From Octopus sinensis (lineage: Eukaryota), in contig NC_042997.1 of NCBI RefSeq assembly GCF_006345805.1, positions 134,416,001-134,480,000 on the forward strand: a stretch of 64,000 nt of DNA, written 5' to 3'. The notes beneath the pieces were generated by a model. That model did no database searches. It was not told the DNA's origin and saw nothing but the letters and a program-made list of their open reading frames with translations. How positions within the stretch are numbered: the stretch's first letter is position 1; every line of letters begins with the position of its first letter. The translations under genes were made by a program, and so were the position numbers. Shown here in pieces: positions 23,863 through 36,414 of the stretch.

Positions 23863-25867
23863 TCAGAATTGATTTCCTAATTGAAAAATATATTGAATTT
23901 AGAATAACAACTTTCTATACAACATATTTTGTTTTTTTCTTCCCTCATATAAGGAATAATTTCACTTCCTGGCAACGCCGAGTGCCTCTTGTAGTAAAAT
24001 AATAATCAGACAATTAGTACTGTGTAACAGTAAGTTATACACACTGTAGTCTCACCATACAATGTTATTTAATCAATATTTTGCATGTTCACATCCAATT
24101 ATTTTGATCCCTTTTAGATATTTACCTCTTCCATATATTGATTTGACTATCACTATCCTCATAAAGATCTTTTCCTGTGTGACTGAATATCGAAATATTA
24201 ATTCCTATTAAGTCATATTATGAGAATTTACATTCGTCAATAATTCAAATAATTTAGAATATATTCCAAATGAATACCGCGAACTCCTAAAGAAGTTGAT
24301 CAAAGCAACGACACGGAAAAGGAAATATAGAGTGGAACTATGATGCAATTAAAGTGTTGTTGACTTTATGATTAAAATGGTGATGGTATATAAATGTTGA
24401 GAAATAAGAAATACATGACGCTCAACTAAATTAATTGAACAATAATAGTGATGTAAATTTTTTTGTAACTAAATCACCGGGGCATTTCTTAATTAAATCT
24501 GAGTAAAGGAAATACTGGCAAAAGTATACAAACTTACACACACGCAAACAAACAAACAAACACGCACACACACACACACACACACACGCACAAATATTTA
24601 TGTAGTACATATATATTTGTGTATGTAGATTTATTTACATATATTTGCAAAACAAGAATAAAAGAATGTTTTTGTCAATCTTTCCCTTGTAAAAATAAAC
24701 ATGGTTCTCTGCTTGAAAGCATTCAGTGATTCAGTTTCTTGTTCAAATGTTTATATAAACAACACGCACGCGCTTGCACAGAAACGAAGACACGAAGACA
24801 CAATATGTATAATCATAGGCGTTCCTGTGTGGCAAGAAGTTTGTTTCCCGGACATATGGTTCCGGATTCAGTCTCACTGCGTGGAACCTTGCGCAAGTGT
24901 CTTCTACTATAGCGTCCGGCCGACCAAAATCTTGTATCTATATTTGCTCGACAGAAATATAGACAAGTTTATCTAACTATATATAGAAAATACTTAGTCA
25001 TCTGATAATGCACAGTTTAGAGAAATTAATCATTTTGTTTCTTTAATAAAATTTGTTTTTCTATTTTCTCTGTTTTGAATTACATATATTCTACATAAAT
25101 TAAATTCTATTACACATTATCTGTAATTTAACCATTTTTTTGATAATAAGTTGTTTAAGAAAATAAAATTAAAACAATAATATAATACTAAAAATTAGAC
25201 GAAATGCTTTATCCTAATACAGAGAAATTTTTAAATAAAGAAATAATAACTTAGATCTTTAAAAAAATTGCATTGACGCGCAAAAGAATATAAAAAACAA
25301 AACATTACACACACAATTTGATGAACAAATTCTGAAATTTATTTAGCCAATTCTAATCTCAGTAGCAATACTTTAAGGCTTTTATCTATTTTTTTTTTTT
25401 ACTTTTCCTGTAATTTTCCAGGCTTAATTAGTTTTTCTCCTGTATTCTTCCTTACGCCCGCATTTTTCATTCTTGTCCAGTTTTTTTCCCCACACATCAC
25501 TTGCATTATTATGATTAATTATATTTACTTTTACAATTAAAAAAATGATACTATTGTAAATATTTTTTATACACAAATTTTTTCAGACTTAGAAGTTTTG
25601 TTTGCACCTTAAAATAACAAAGGATTAATAACAGCATATCTGTTACAAATAAACATATTTAAAGCAATTTTATTATAAAATAATGTTATATTTTAATTAA
25701 ATAATGAATTACTTTTCTAATGAGGGAAATTTTTATTTTTATAAACAAAATAATATAAATTAATATGAAATCTCCAAAAATCATAACTTTTTTATACTTA
25801 ATATTTTTCGACAGGAATTTCTCCAAAACTTGATGAACTCGATGAAGTCATTCATTTGAGTTGAAAG

Positions 25868-26608
25868 AATATTAGCTAAATAAAATGTGGAGTGATTTTA
25901 AGTGACGAAAAGTAGGTATCATTTTAACAACTCAATTTTTTTTTCCATTTTAAGATACTTAATGTCGGTTTCACGGATCGTTTAACTTAATGGTACATAG
26001 CGCTTAACAGAAGTTTTGAGTTGTACAGGGTCCGATCTTCTGTAGCAACTCACAGGCCACTTTTTCTTCTGTTTTCTAACGATATTTCACCTAATTTCTT
26101 AGCCGTTTACGCAGTTGTTATGCATTCGAGATTTGCTTCAGATTAAAGAGAAGAAATTTGTAGTGACTATATTAGCAACAAAAATTGCGTGTCTTTAAGT
26201 GACAAAAAAGGTAATAATTTAAAACATTCAGAATATTATTATTGCCTTCTTAAGAAAAAAATTACCTTTTTTTGTCACTTAAAGACACGCAACTTTTGTT
26301 GCTAATATAGTCACCATAAATTTCTTCTCTTTAATCTGAAGTAAATCTCGAATGCATAACAACTGCGTAAACGGCTAAGAAATTAGGCGAAATATCGTTA
26401 GAAAACAAGAAAAAGTGGCCTGTGAGTTGCTACAGAAGATCGGACCATGTATCACTCAAAACTTCTGCTAAGCGCTATGTACCATTAAGTTAAACGATCC
26501 GTGAAACCGACATTAAGTATCTTAAAATGGAAAAAAAAAATTGATTTGTTAAAATGATACCTACTTTTCGTCACTTAAAAGCACTCCACATTTTATTTAG
26601 CTAATATT
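25868..26608. repeat. Long foldback inverted repeat (~350-bp arms, ~40-nt spacer)
   Basis: Arms are reverse complements with about 10 scattered differences. Confidence 0.95.
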
Positions 26609-26816
26609 TTTTGACGAAATTATCACTATAAGATTTATTACATATAGCTCTTTCAGTATTGTAAAGTTTTCTTTAACGATAGCTGAGATATTTTGAAACA
26701 AATTAACTTTTGGGTGTTATTAACTATATATTCGTCAATTAAAACTATACTATTTTTCTCTCTACCAAATATTTTTTAACGAGATTTTCACCAAAAGATT
26801 CTTCTCAATGAGCTCA

Positions 26817-27238
<422 letters not shown>

Positions 27239-27998
27239 TTTTAAAATAACTGAGCTATTTTGAGTCAAAGTAAATGTTTCATCCTACATTCCCAGTTTTG
27301 GCCTCATATATTTTGACCTAACCTTTGTTAAACTAATTTTCAATTATTTGATTTCAAAATGTAGCTGAAGACTGGAGCAATATTGTTAAAAACTTGCATT
27401 CAATTAAGCTAAAAACTGAATAAGTGATGAAGCCTAGAATTGTTCACGGGTAACTAAAAGTTGACCGTAACAACATATCCACTCGCCGCCACGAGTGAAT
27501 ATATGTATACACATATGTATACACACGGACACACAGACACAAACAAACATATACTCAGACACACAAACACACATACACATTTTTGAATCCCTAGTGAGCA
27601 TTGATAGATTTTGTATGCCCAATTGTTTCTAGGGTTGTGAGTTGATATAGTATTTTCGGATGTGTTGTTTCTCTTGATGTTTTAATGCCTATTTCCTTGG
27701 TACGTTTAATTCTATCATCTATAAGCGAGGATGGATAGTGTCTCTCAACTAGTGTTGACCTAGGTCGTGAAGACGGAGGTTCCGAGTATTTCCATTAGAC
27801 ACTATTTTGCGAATCCTTTTCCCTAAAGGGAATATAAGAAAATCCGATTAAATCGTACGCTGATTTTCTAAACGGTGTAAGTAGGGACTTACCTCCCTTT
27901 GTCAGTCATTAAATTAGTGCTTTGTGGCTTTAGAGTTAATTTAACTCTTACGTAAACATAATCGGTGTCACTTTCATAACCTCTATTAATTTTGCCTC

Positions 27999-28066
<68 letters not shown>

Positions 28067-28102
28067 CTATCTATCTATCTATGTATCTATCTATCTATCT
28101 AC

Positions 28103-29003
28103 CTGGACAACTTCCAGAGATCCCTGGCCTGGCGGTGCTACCGAGAAGCGCTACCCGTTCGGGATAAGCTCTATAGGCATGGCTCGAGAAACACGGGGCC
28201 GATCTGCCCGAGATGCGGGCAGAGCGACGAAACCGCTCTGCACGCAATCGTGCAGTGTCCAGCAATTTCCCACCTGTGGGCTTATGTCGAACGACTGCTG
28301 TCACGTGTGGGACGTGTCGGTTTATCAGCCGAGTCTATCGTTAATATCGTCACGCCTCCTTCCTTCAAACGGAAGGAAGAGCTATTTTTATCATACTTGT
28401 GGCTATGGCGAAAGAATGTATCTGGTGGACGCGTCTGAAAGGATTAGAGACAAACACTTTCCTCTCTGGTCAATCTCTCATCAACTTCTTCAAGTATCAC
28501 TTGAAGAAAAAAGTGAGAGTAGAGAGGCAAGTTTTGTCTAGTGAATGTTTTAAAAAAAGATGGGTGAATGTAGCAAGGATGGCACGTATGAATGACGAAG
28601 CCACCTTGACTATGATTCTATGAACCGTAAAAATTAATACAGAGAGTTGCTTATTTGCAAAAAAAAAAAAAGAAATATAACATGTGACTTCATTGACCGA
28701 GGTTACCGTGGTCTTTTCCGTAGGCTTTTCTTTCCACGGGTAAACCTCACCTGTCCTCCCCTTTACACTTCATATTGACATTTCTGTGATAACGATCCCT
28801 ATTGATCAATTTTTTTCCTCTCCCCCTTTTTTTAACCCCCCCTTTTTTGTCCTCTTTCTCTCCTTTTACGATCCCTTTTGATCGACCCCCCCCTTTTTTA
28901 TTTTATTTTATTTTATTTTATTTTTTTTTTTTTAAACCTTCAAAAGAAAAGCTCTACCTTGTAATTTGTTCTATCTGTGTGCAGCCCTGTGTGGCTAATA
29001 AAG
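28103..29003 (+). mobile_element. Tx1/L1-clade LINE 3' fragment (zf-RVT-like knuckle and 3' UTR), 5'-truncated
   Basis: LAWRCYREALPVRDKL..CPRCGQSDETALHAIVQC..LW; AMAKECIWWTR. Flanked on both sides by (TATC)n. Confidence 0.75.
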
Positions 29004-29019
29004 AAACATATCTACCTAC

Positions 29020-29090
<71 letters not shown>

Positions 29091-29127
29091 CTATCTATCT
29101 ATCTATCTATATATCTATCTATCTATA

Positions 29128-29161
<34 letters not shown>

Positions 29162-29204
29162 AATCTAAATATATATATATATATTTATATTTATATATAT
29201 ATAT

Positions 29205-29256
<52 letters not shown>

Positions 29257-29260
29257 AATC

Positions 29261-29312
<52 letters not shown>

Positions 29313-29317
29313 ATATA

Positions 29318-29849
29318 CAGGGTTATTCAAAAAGAAAGAGCACATTTCAAATTTATTTTTAAAGCAAACGGTAAGAGACACAAACACATTCTATATATTT
29401 CTTGATAGGGGAGGGTTTAAAATTTATAGCTGAACATGATCAATTGAATTAACACTTAAATAAATAATATTTTAGTTTTGTTTAATGTTTCATTTTGTTC
29501 ATTTTATTTAAAGTTATATAATTTTCATTTGTGCAATCCTTTAGAAAATGACGACGCCACAAGAAATGTCTTTTTGTGTGATGCAGTTTCAGAAATGCGA
29601 ATCGATTGTGCAAGTGCATCGTGAATTTCGCCGCCAATTCAATAAAAATCCACCTAGTCACACGCAAATTTACGAATGGCATAAAAATTTCAATGAAAAT
29701 GGTATTTGTAAAGGAAAAAGCACCGGTGCTCATGTTAAAATAAACTTCAAAACTTCCCCTATCAAGAAATATGTAGAATGTGTTTGCGTCTCTTACCGTT
29801 TGTTTTACAAATAAATTTAAAATCTGCTCTTTCTTTTTGAATAACCTTG
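29318..29849 (+). mobile_element. Internally deleted Tc1/mariner-superfamily element with ~105-bp imperfect terminal inverted repeats
   Basis: TA|CAGGGTTATTCAAAAAGAAAGAGC ... GCTCTTTCTTTTTGAATAACCTTG|TA. ORF 29548..29814 encodes a transposase N-terminal HTH (FCVMQF.KCESIVQVHREFRRQFN..PP). Confidence 0.8.
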
Positions 29850-30013
29850 TATAAATTATATATATATATATATCATACAAATGCAGCGTGGTAGGTGTTT
29901 ATAAGCCGTTTAAAAAACATACAAAAACCGTTATATTCACTTCAACATTTAAATTTAATTTGCCAAAATATTTTCGTAGCTTTAAGACATAGACATGTCA
30001 CTGACAACATTCC

Positions 30014-30056
<43 letters not shown>

Positions 30057-30463
30057 AAATGGAACAAGAACGCAAAACATCCAAATAGACGATACAAAAA
30101 TCATGGACGGGTCATTCGAAGCATTTAATCTTCAGTCAAGAACCGGGTCATCCTCGCAATTTCGGCTGATTAATCTTGAAATTGCTCCAATCTGGCCAGC
30201 CCCAACGAAAACCTAAGCTAAAAGCATTAGATTCCTTGGAAAAAGGATCGAATGTATACGAAACAAAGACAGAAAATCGGACGATGTTACACGAATATAA
30301 ATACACTATTTCCTGTGAGTTCATTTCTTCTTTACTCTAAAGAGAATTGTATTAACAGTGCAGTGAATTCGAAGTTTCGGCTTGCTGAGCCAACATCATA
30401 TATGCATACATACATACATACATACATACATACATACATACATACATACATACATACATACAA

Positions 30464-31475
30464 ACATAAAGAGAGACAAGATCACAAGTTATGCAGATGA
30501 TACCAAAGTTTCACAGGTAATAGAAAACCTTGAAGACACTATGCACCGGCAATGTGAGCTGGACGAAATATACAAGTGGGCTGAAAAGAATAGCATGCAG
30601 TTCAATGCTGTAAAGTTTCAAGCTTTATGCTATCAGCATGCAACACTAAGTGCGATACCCAATAAATACACTGGACCTGGAGGGATTGCAATCCCAGAGG
30701 CACAATCGGTGTGAAACCTGGGTATTTACATGAGTGATGATGCAACCTTTCATGTGCATGTTGCTAAATTGGCAATGAAATGTCGGCGGCTGACCGGATG
30801 GATTCTTAGAGCTTTTAGGACAAGACCAGGAAACCATGATGGTCCTCTGGAGGACACTTGTCCTAAGCCACTTTGAGTATTGCTCTCAGCTATGGTCACC
30901 AACCAGTATCAAATTTATCACAGAACTTGAGGCAATCCAACGAAGCTACACGAAGAAGATAGCCTCTAGGTAGCATATAAGCTATTGGGAAAGACTCAAG
31001 AGATTAAGACTCTATTCCTTAGAGCGTAGGCGAGAAAGATATGCCATAATATACATCTGGAAGATCCTGGAAGGACTTGTCCCAAACTTTGGCATCGAGA
31101 GTTACACAAATACTAGAACTGGGCGCCGCTGCATAGTGCCAAGGACTCTTAATTTGCCATCAAGATGTAGGACAAGATACTGCGATAGCCTGGGCTTCAG
31201 AGGTCCACAGCTCTTCAATATCTTCCCGAGGGACCTGAGAGACCTGCATAGGGTAGATGCGGATGTCTTTAAAATAAAGCTGGACCTCTTCCTGTCAGGT
31301 ATCCCAAATGAACCAACTTCACGGCAGGAGGTGCAGATGAGGGCAGCTGCATCAAACCCTCTCATGCACCAAATGACAATTGCTAAAAAGCATTCGTGAA
31401 GTAAAATCACGCATCAACACCGAACGGCGGTGCTCCAGCATGGCCACAGATCGTGAGCTGAAACTAGATGAAAGT
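30464..31475 (+). mobile_element. CR1-type LINE 3' fragment (RT end to 3' tail), decayed
   Basis: SYADDTK, MQFNAVKF, EYCSQLWSP, LYSLERRRERY, GPQLFNIFP; tail GGCGGTGCTCCAGCATGGCC at 31426. Confidence 0.9.
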
Positions 31476-32034
31476 GAAAAAAAATGAAAATACATATACA
31501 CACACACACACACACATATATAAGAGTAAATATAAGGACAAACAAGTTAGATAAATCGATATACAAAAAAATTAAATACATTTCATACAAAAAATGTACA
31601 TGTTTACATATAAATAGGTCCGACTTACACAGAAGAGAAATAATATCGGGAATTAAAGGGGTTGAATAGGAGTTGAATAAGAGTCCAACAGCTGTTCCTA
31701 GGGGCTTGGTGGGCCAAAATAATGATTGTAAATTGATTCCATCATCGGATAATACCAGCCTCCCTCTTCAGGGAAGAATTTTACATTTGCGGCATTGACA
31801 GAATGGAGTATATTGATGGAATTCAATCCCTTTAATTCTTGTATCATTTCCATTCTGTGTATTCGGATCTTTTTGTATGCAAATGTACGTACATTATTTA
31901 TATCAAATGTATTTAATACTCTGTTGTATATCGACTTGCCCATCTTGCTTGTCCTTACATTTATTCCCTACCTACACAAGTTTAAATCTCATGAGCACTA
32001 TGAAGTGTATTCTATAAAGTGAATACCTTCTCTG

Positions 32035-32118
<84 letters not shown>

Positions 32119-32208
32119 GTCTGTCTGTCTGTCTGTCAGTCTGTCTGTCAGTCTGTCTATCTAATCTATATGTATGTATAGCTGTATGTGTATGTATGAG
32201 CTTGTGTG

Positions 32209-32249
<41 letters not shown>

Positions 32250-32255
32250 GTGTGT
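32035..32255. repeat. (TCTA)n/(TCTG)n/(TG)n microsatellite
   Basis: Direct inspection. Confidence 0.95.
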
Positions 32256-32528
32256 TTTGCTATTTTTTAATTTGTGGTCCAGCGCACACTGAAATACACA
32301 TTCCTGCAAAATATGTATTTTACATGCGCTACCGAAACCCTCACGCATAGATTAGCGTGACACTGCGGGAGCAATACACACAGTTAACAAGGACAATGAC
32401 AAATTCTAAAATAAGAAACGCCCTCGCCCACAAATAGACACAGATAAACAACAACATACGTCCATATAAGCATATTTTCATTCACATGGACCATAGTTAC
32501 CCAACACAGCAAGCATGCTTTGTACTTA

Positions 32529-32574
<46 letters not shown>

Positions 32575-32653
32575 TTAAGGGTAGAAATTGATATTTATCA
32601 ATTAAAACCAGTGGTCTAGCATATTAAAAAAAGAATCCGAAGATTAAAATATT

Positions 32654-32831
32654 TATATATACCAATTAAGGACTGAACACGAAAAGTGGACAGTCAACAT
32701 GCTAGATATAGACGTCAAATCACCATTCTCCACAAAAGATTATGTTCTCAAAATCTTTTGTGAAGAATGGCGATTTGACGTCTATATCTAGCATGTTGAC
32801 TGTCCACTTTTCGTGTTCAGTCCTTAATTGG

Positions 32832-32838
<7 letters not shown>
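32654..32838. repeat. Foldback hairpin (~88-bp arms, 10-nt loop)
   Basis: Arms complementary except two mismatches. Confidence 0.95.
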
Positions 32839-32892
<54 letters not shown>

Positions 32893-33122
32893 ATAAAGAG
32901 AGAGAGAGAGAGAGAGAGAGAGAGCAATAAGTAAATGGAGGGGATGAATAGGTTGTATTCATCAACTTTTAGACTTTACATTATAATTATATTATAATAC
33001 GACGATTGTAACAATATACATACATGTATAACATATTATGCTTTACATATATGATATATAAAATATAAAAATATCAGTAATTATTAAAATATATAACATA
33101 TAGCAATAGAAATTGGGATAAT

Positions 33123-33246
33123 ATCTTACAGCTGTTTCGGCCAAGAGGCAATCATACCGCATTCTACGTATATCCTTCCAGTTGACTGAATTAATTAGTA
33201 GATGAAATTGAGGTACTTGGGTGTTTTTCTAGGCTTCGTCAGAGAT
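33123..33246 (-). ncRNA. Type-I hammerhead-ribozyme-like motif with long stem II
   Basis: ATCT-CTGACGA-AGCC...GGCC-GAAAC-AGCT-GTA-AGAT. Confidence 0.6.
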
Positions 33247-33398
33247 TTAAGAAGGTACATAAGGTTAAGTTATAAATATAAATACACGCATATATGCATA
33301 GTTTACATATACATACATATACATAAATATACATAAATGCATATAGCTACATTTAAATGCACACGCTTATGTGTATGTATATGCATACAAATGAATCA

Positions 33399-33446
<48 letters not shown>

Positions 33447-33621
33447 GGATGCATTATATTAATCATATTAGATAAAATATAAACAGAGGTATGAGAAAGT
33501 TATTATAAGAGGAGTAATATTATAATTTATAAAATCAATATATCTTAAGACTATTTTAGCTTTGTAAGAATGAAACTGTATATACAGGAGTAATACATAC
33601 ATACATATATATATATATAAT

Positions 33622-33653
<32 letters not shown>

Positions 33654-33890
33654 ATAAAATATTAGGGAATAAATCCAAACTTACAGGGAAAAATCAGATT
33701 TAGGATTAAATCCAATTTTATAGTATAAGTATATTATATTATATTATATTATATTAAATTAGAGATAAAACCACTATTAGGCAAATCAAACAATGAAAAA
33801 CATAAGCCAATACATAAAATTAATTTAATTTACATTATTTTAAATATATATCAAAAGTATTAAAAGTTTAATAAAAGATAAAGAGTAAAA

Positions 33891-33982
33891 CACTACGATC
33901 GTTTCATGGCTGTACAATTCGAATAACAATAATTTAAATTCAATTAATAATTCGAGTTATGGCTACAGTCAATCTTCAGGTT
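33891..33982 (-). ncRNA. Degenerate type-I hammerhead-like motif
   Basis: CTGAAGA-TTGACTGT...ACAGCCAT-GAAAC-GATC-GTA; stem I only 2 bp. Confidence 0.4.
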
Positions 33983-35539
33983 AATTGAAATATCTAAAAA
34001 ATAATCAGAAATATTTAAACAATAGTTTTAAGATATAAATAATATAATAATTTTACTTATAATAAACTCTATTATCAAACTAGAAACATAAAACTTAATA
34101 ATTATAATTATATCAAAATCGACTTTACTGTTAAATATTAATTTTAATTTATAAGGTAGGAAACCCACCAGTAATCTAATATCGGTATTAATCTATATCT
34201 AATTACATAAATATTTAAAAATGACTATTATATATAAAAATTATCAATGAAAATATATAAATGTATATAAATATTATAATTAAGATCTAAAATAATCTCT
34301 ATAAATAAATATATATGCACATATAATAAAAACCTAATAAATTAATTTTTCATATTTAAAGATGAAATAGCTAATTTCAAAATACAAATAAATAAACTTA
34401 AACGAACTTTCGGAATTCTTATGTAAAATACTTATAGAAATAATCAATTCGTAGTAATATAGTATCGAATAAATACTATAAATACTATAAATATAATTAT
34501 CAATGGGAATAACTAGCGAATATCAATTTAAAAAAACAATAACTAAGTTATGCTATTAAATTAGACATGGCCTGGACCAATCTTTAGTCGAAACATATCT
34601 AAGTTTATCAAAGTTTATCTAATTTAATTATAAGAAATTTAAAACTACAATGCGTTGTTTCCCCCCATTATTTGTATGTTCTCATGCTATGTCATTATTC
34701 CTGTATCTACAGCCTTTTGGATATTTGCGTGAACCAGTTCCCCTCTTTGTTAAATGATCATGGTGACGACAAAATTATGTTGGACCTTGGCACGTCATAA
34801 GCCATGTTTCTACTCACCGATGAGGCAAAAAGTTTTTGAAAATGTATGTAATATATATATTATTTTGTTACACCCCTTTTAGATATTAGTCTCAAATTTT
34901 GGCACAAAGTGAGAAACTACATATCAGGAGTAAGTTGATTACATCGATCTCAGGACTCAACTGATATCAAGCCCGGAAATTCCTCGGCGGAATTTAAATT
35001 CAGAAAGTAAAGACGACGAAATGCCTCTACGCATTTTATCTGGCGTGGTAACTATTCTGTCAGCTAAACTGTCTTATCTAGTTTAAATGTTGTATTTCTC
35101 AGAAGTATCACAACTCCTCGGAATACTCAGCGCTCCACATTACACCCCCAGTTTGCATGATAAAAATTATTCCAATACGATGCAACAATCCAAGTTAAGA
35201 AACAACTTTAAATTATAAGCAGGTCAGAACTGTGCTAATACCGACTACCCAACGTGTTTTACTTTTGTTATGAAATAATTCCTACAGTTATAAGCAGCTA
35301 TTGGGTACTTGCTAGTTACACCTAGATGGGCTCTGTAGAACAATAGTGTAGTTAGAAGGAAGTATATTTTTTCCAACAGTTTATATGTTGTTATTTTTAC
35401 CAGCCTTATCAACTTCATAAATAAGTCGATATGAATTTAGTAATTATTCTGAGAGTTGTTAAATTACAAATTCTATGCTGTAGTATATACTTGTGTACTC
35501 GCTTTGAAATAATTAGAGGGATTATTTGATTTGATTTTT

Positions 35540-35582
35540 CCAGTTTCAGCTCATGAGCTGTGGCCATGCTGGGGCACCGCCA
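35540..35582 (-). mobile_element. Isolated CR1/SINE-C-type 3' tail
   Basis: GGCGGTGCCCCAGCATGGCCACAGCTCATGAGCTGAAACTGG. Confidence 0.7.
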
Positions 35583-36381
35583 TTGTGAATATTATTGTTA
35601 TAATGTTCTGTTTAGGAAACAATCTGATGTTATATTGCATGCTATACATTGCGAGTTAGAAAGGGTTGTAAAATATGATCACTTGAAGTCAATTGTTAAC
35701 AACTGTTCAGAGTTTTTGTTTAAGCCATTAAATCTATAGCTGTTACACTTAAAACGGTTGAATTATTGAATATAAATACACGCATACAAACACATACAAA
35801 CACACAAATGCGTGCGCACACAAACACAGAAGCACAATGATATACAGACACATATCCACACAAACAAACAAAGACACTAACGTCTTTGAATAGAAATGAA
35901 AGGAAGACGGGTTTTCCGTTCCCAATACCTGTGTATAGATATTAAACTGACTTTTTCACACCCACCACTTGTAGATTAGATGAATAAACACCAATCAGAA
36001 AAAATGTAAGATACATCCTGGTTCAAGCGCCACCTGGCAACCCTGTAGGTTATATAAGTCCATGAATTATCAAACTAATTCAGTGTAACCATGTGCTTTC
36101 TTTAACTCACCATAGGTAATATCTCTCATTTTAATTCTTTCCTTATATAACTCATTACTTACCTGAAGTGTAAGAGTTTACATGACTGGTGTCTAGTGTG
36201 TTATATCTCGGTTAAACCAGGGCAGTTAAACGCATACTGAATTGAGAGGTGGTCAGGTCTCTTATGTTAAATTACTTAGTTGTCGTCGTCTTTTCCACTC
36301 CTGAGTCAACAAGCTGCATAATGGAGTCATTTCAAGTAAGTATTATCTGATACATAATTATATGTGTGTGTGAGAGAGAAA

Positions 36382-36414
<33 letters not shown>

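Noticed and set aside
31698-31943. 81-aa ORF with ELKGLN and nearby CCTGAAGA (possible PLE GIY-YIG end and hammerhead)
   Set aside because: Similarity too short to support, and no GAAAC/stem III after the core.
36157-36165. ACTTACCTG, matching the U1 snRNA 5' end / a perfect minus-strand donor CAG|GTAAGT
   Set aside because: The following sequence is not U1, and no upstream exon or reading frame could be supported. One 9-mer is expected by chance.
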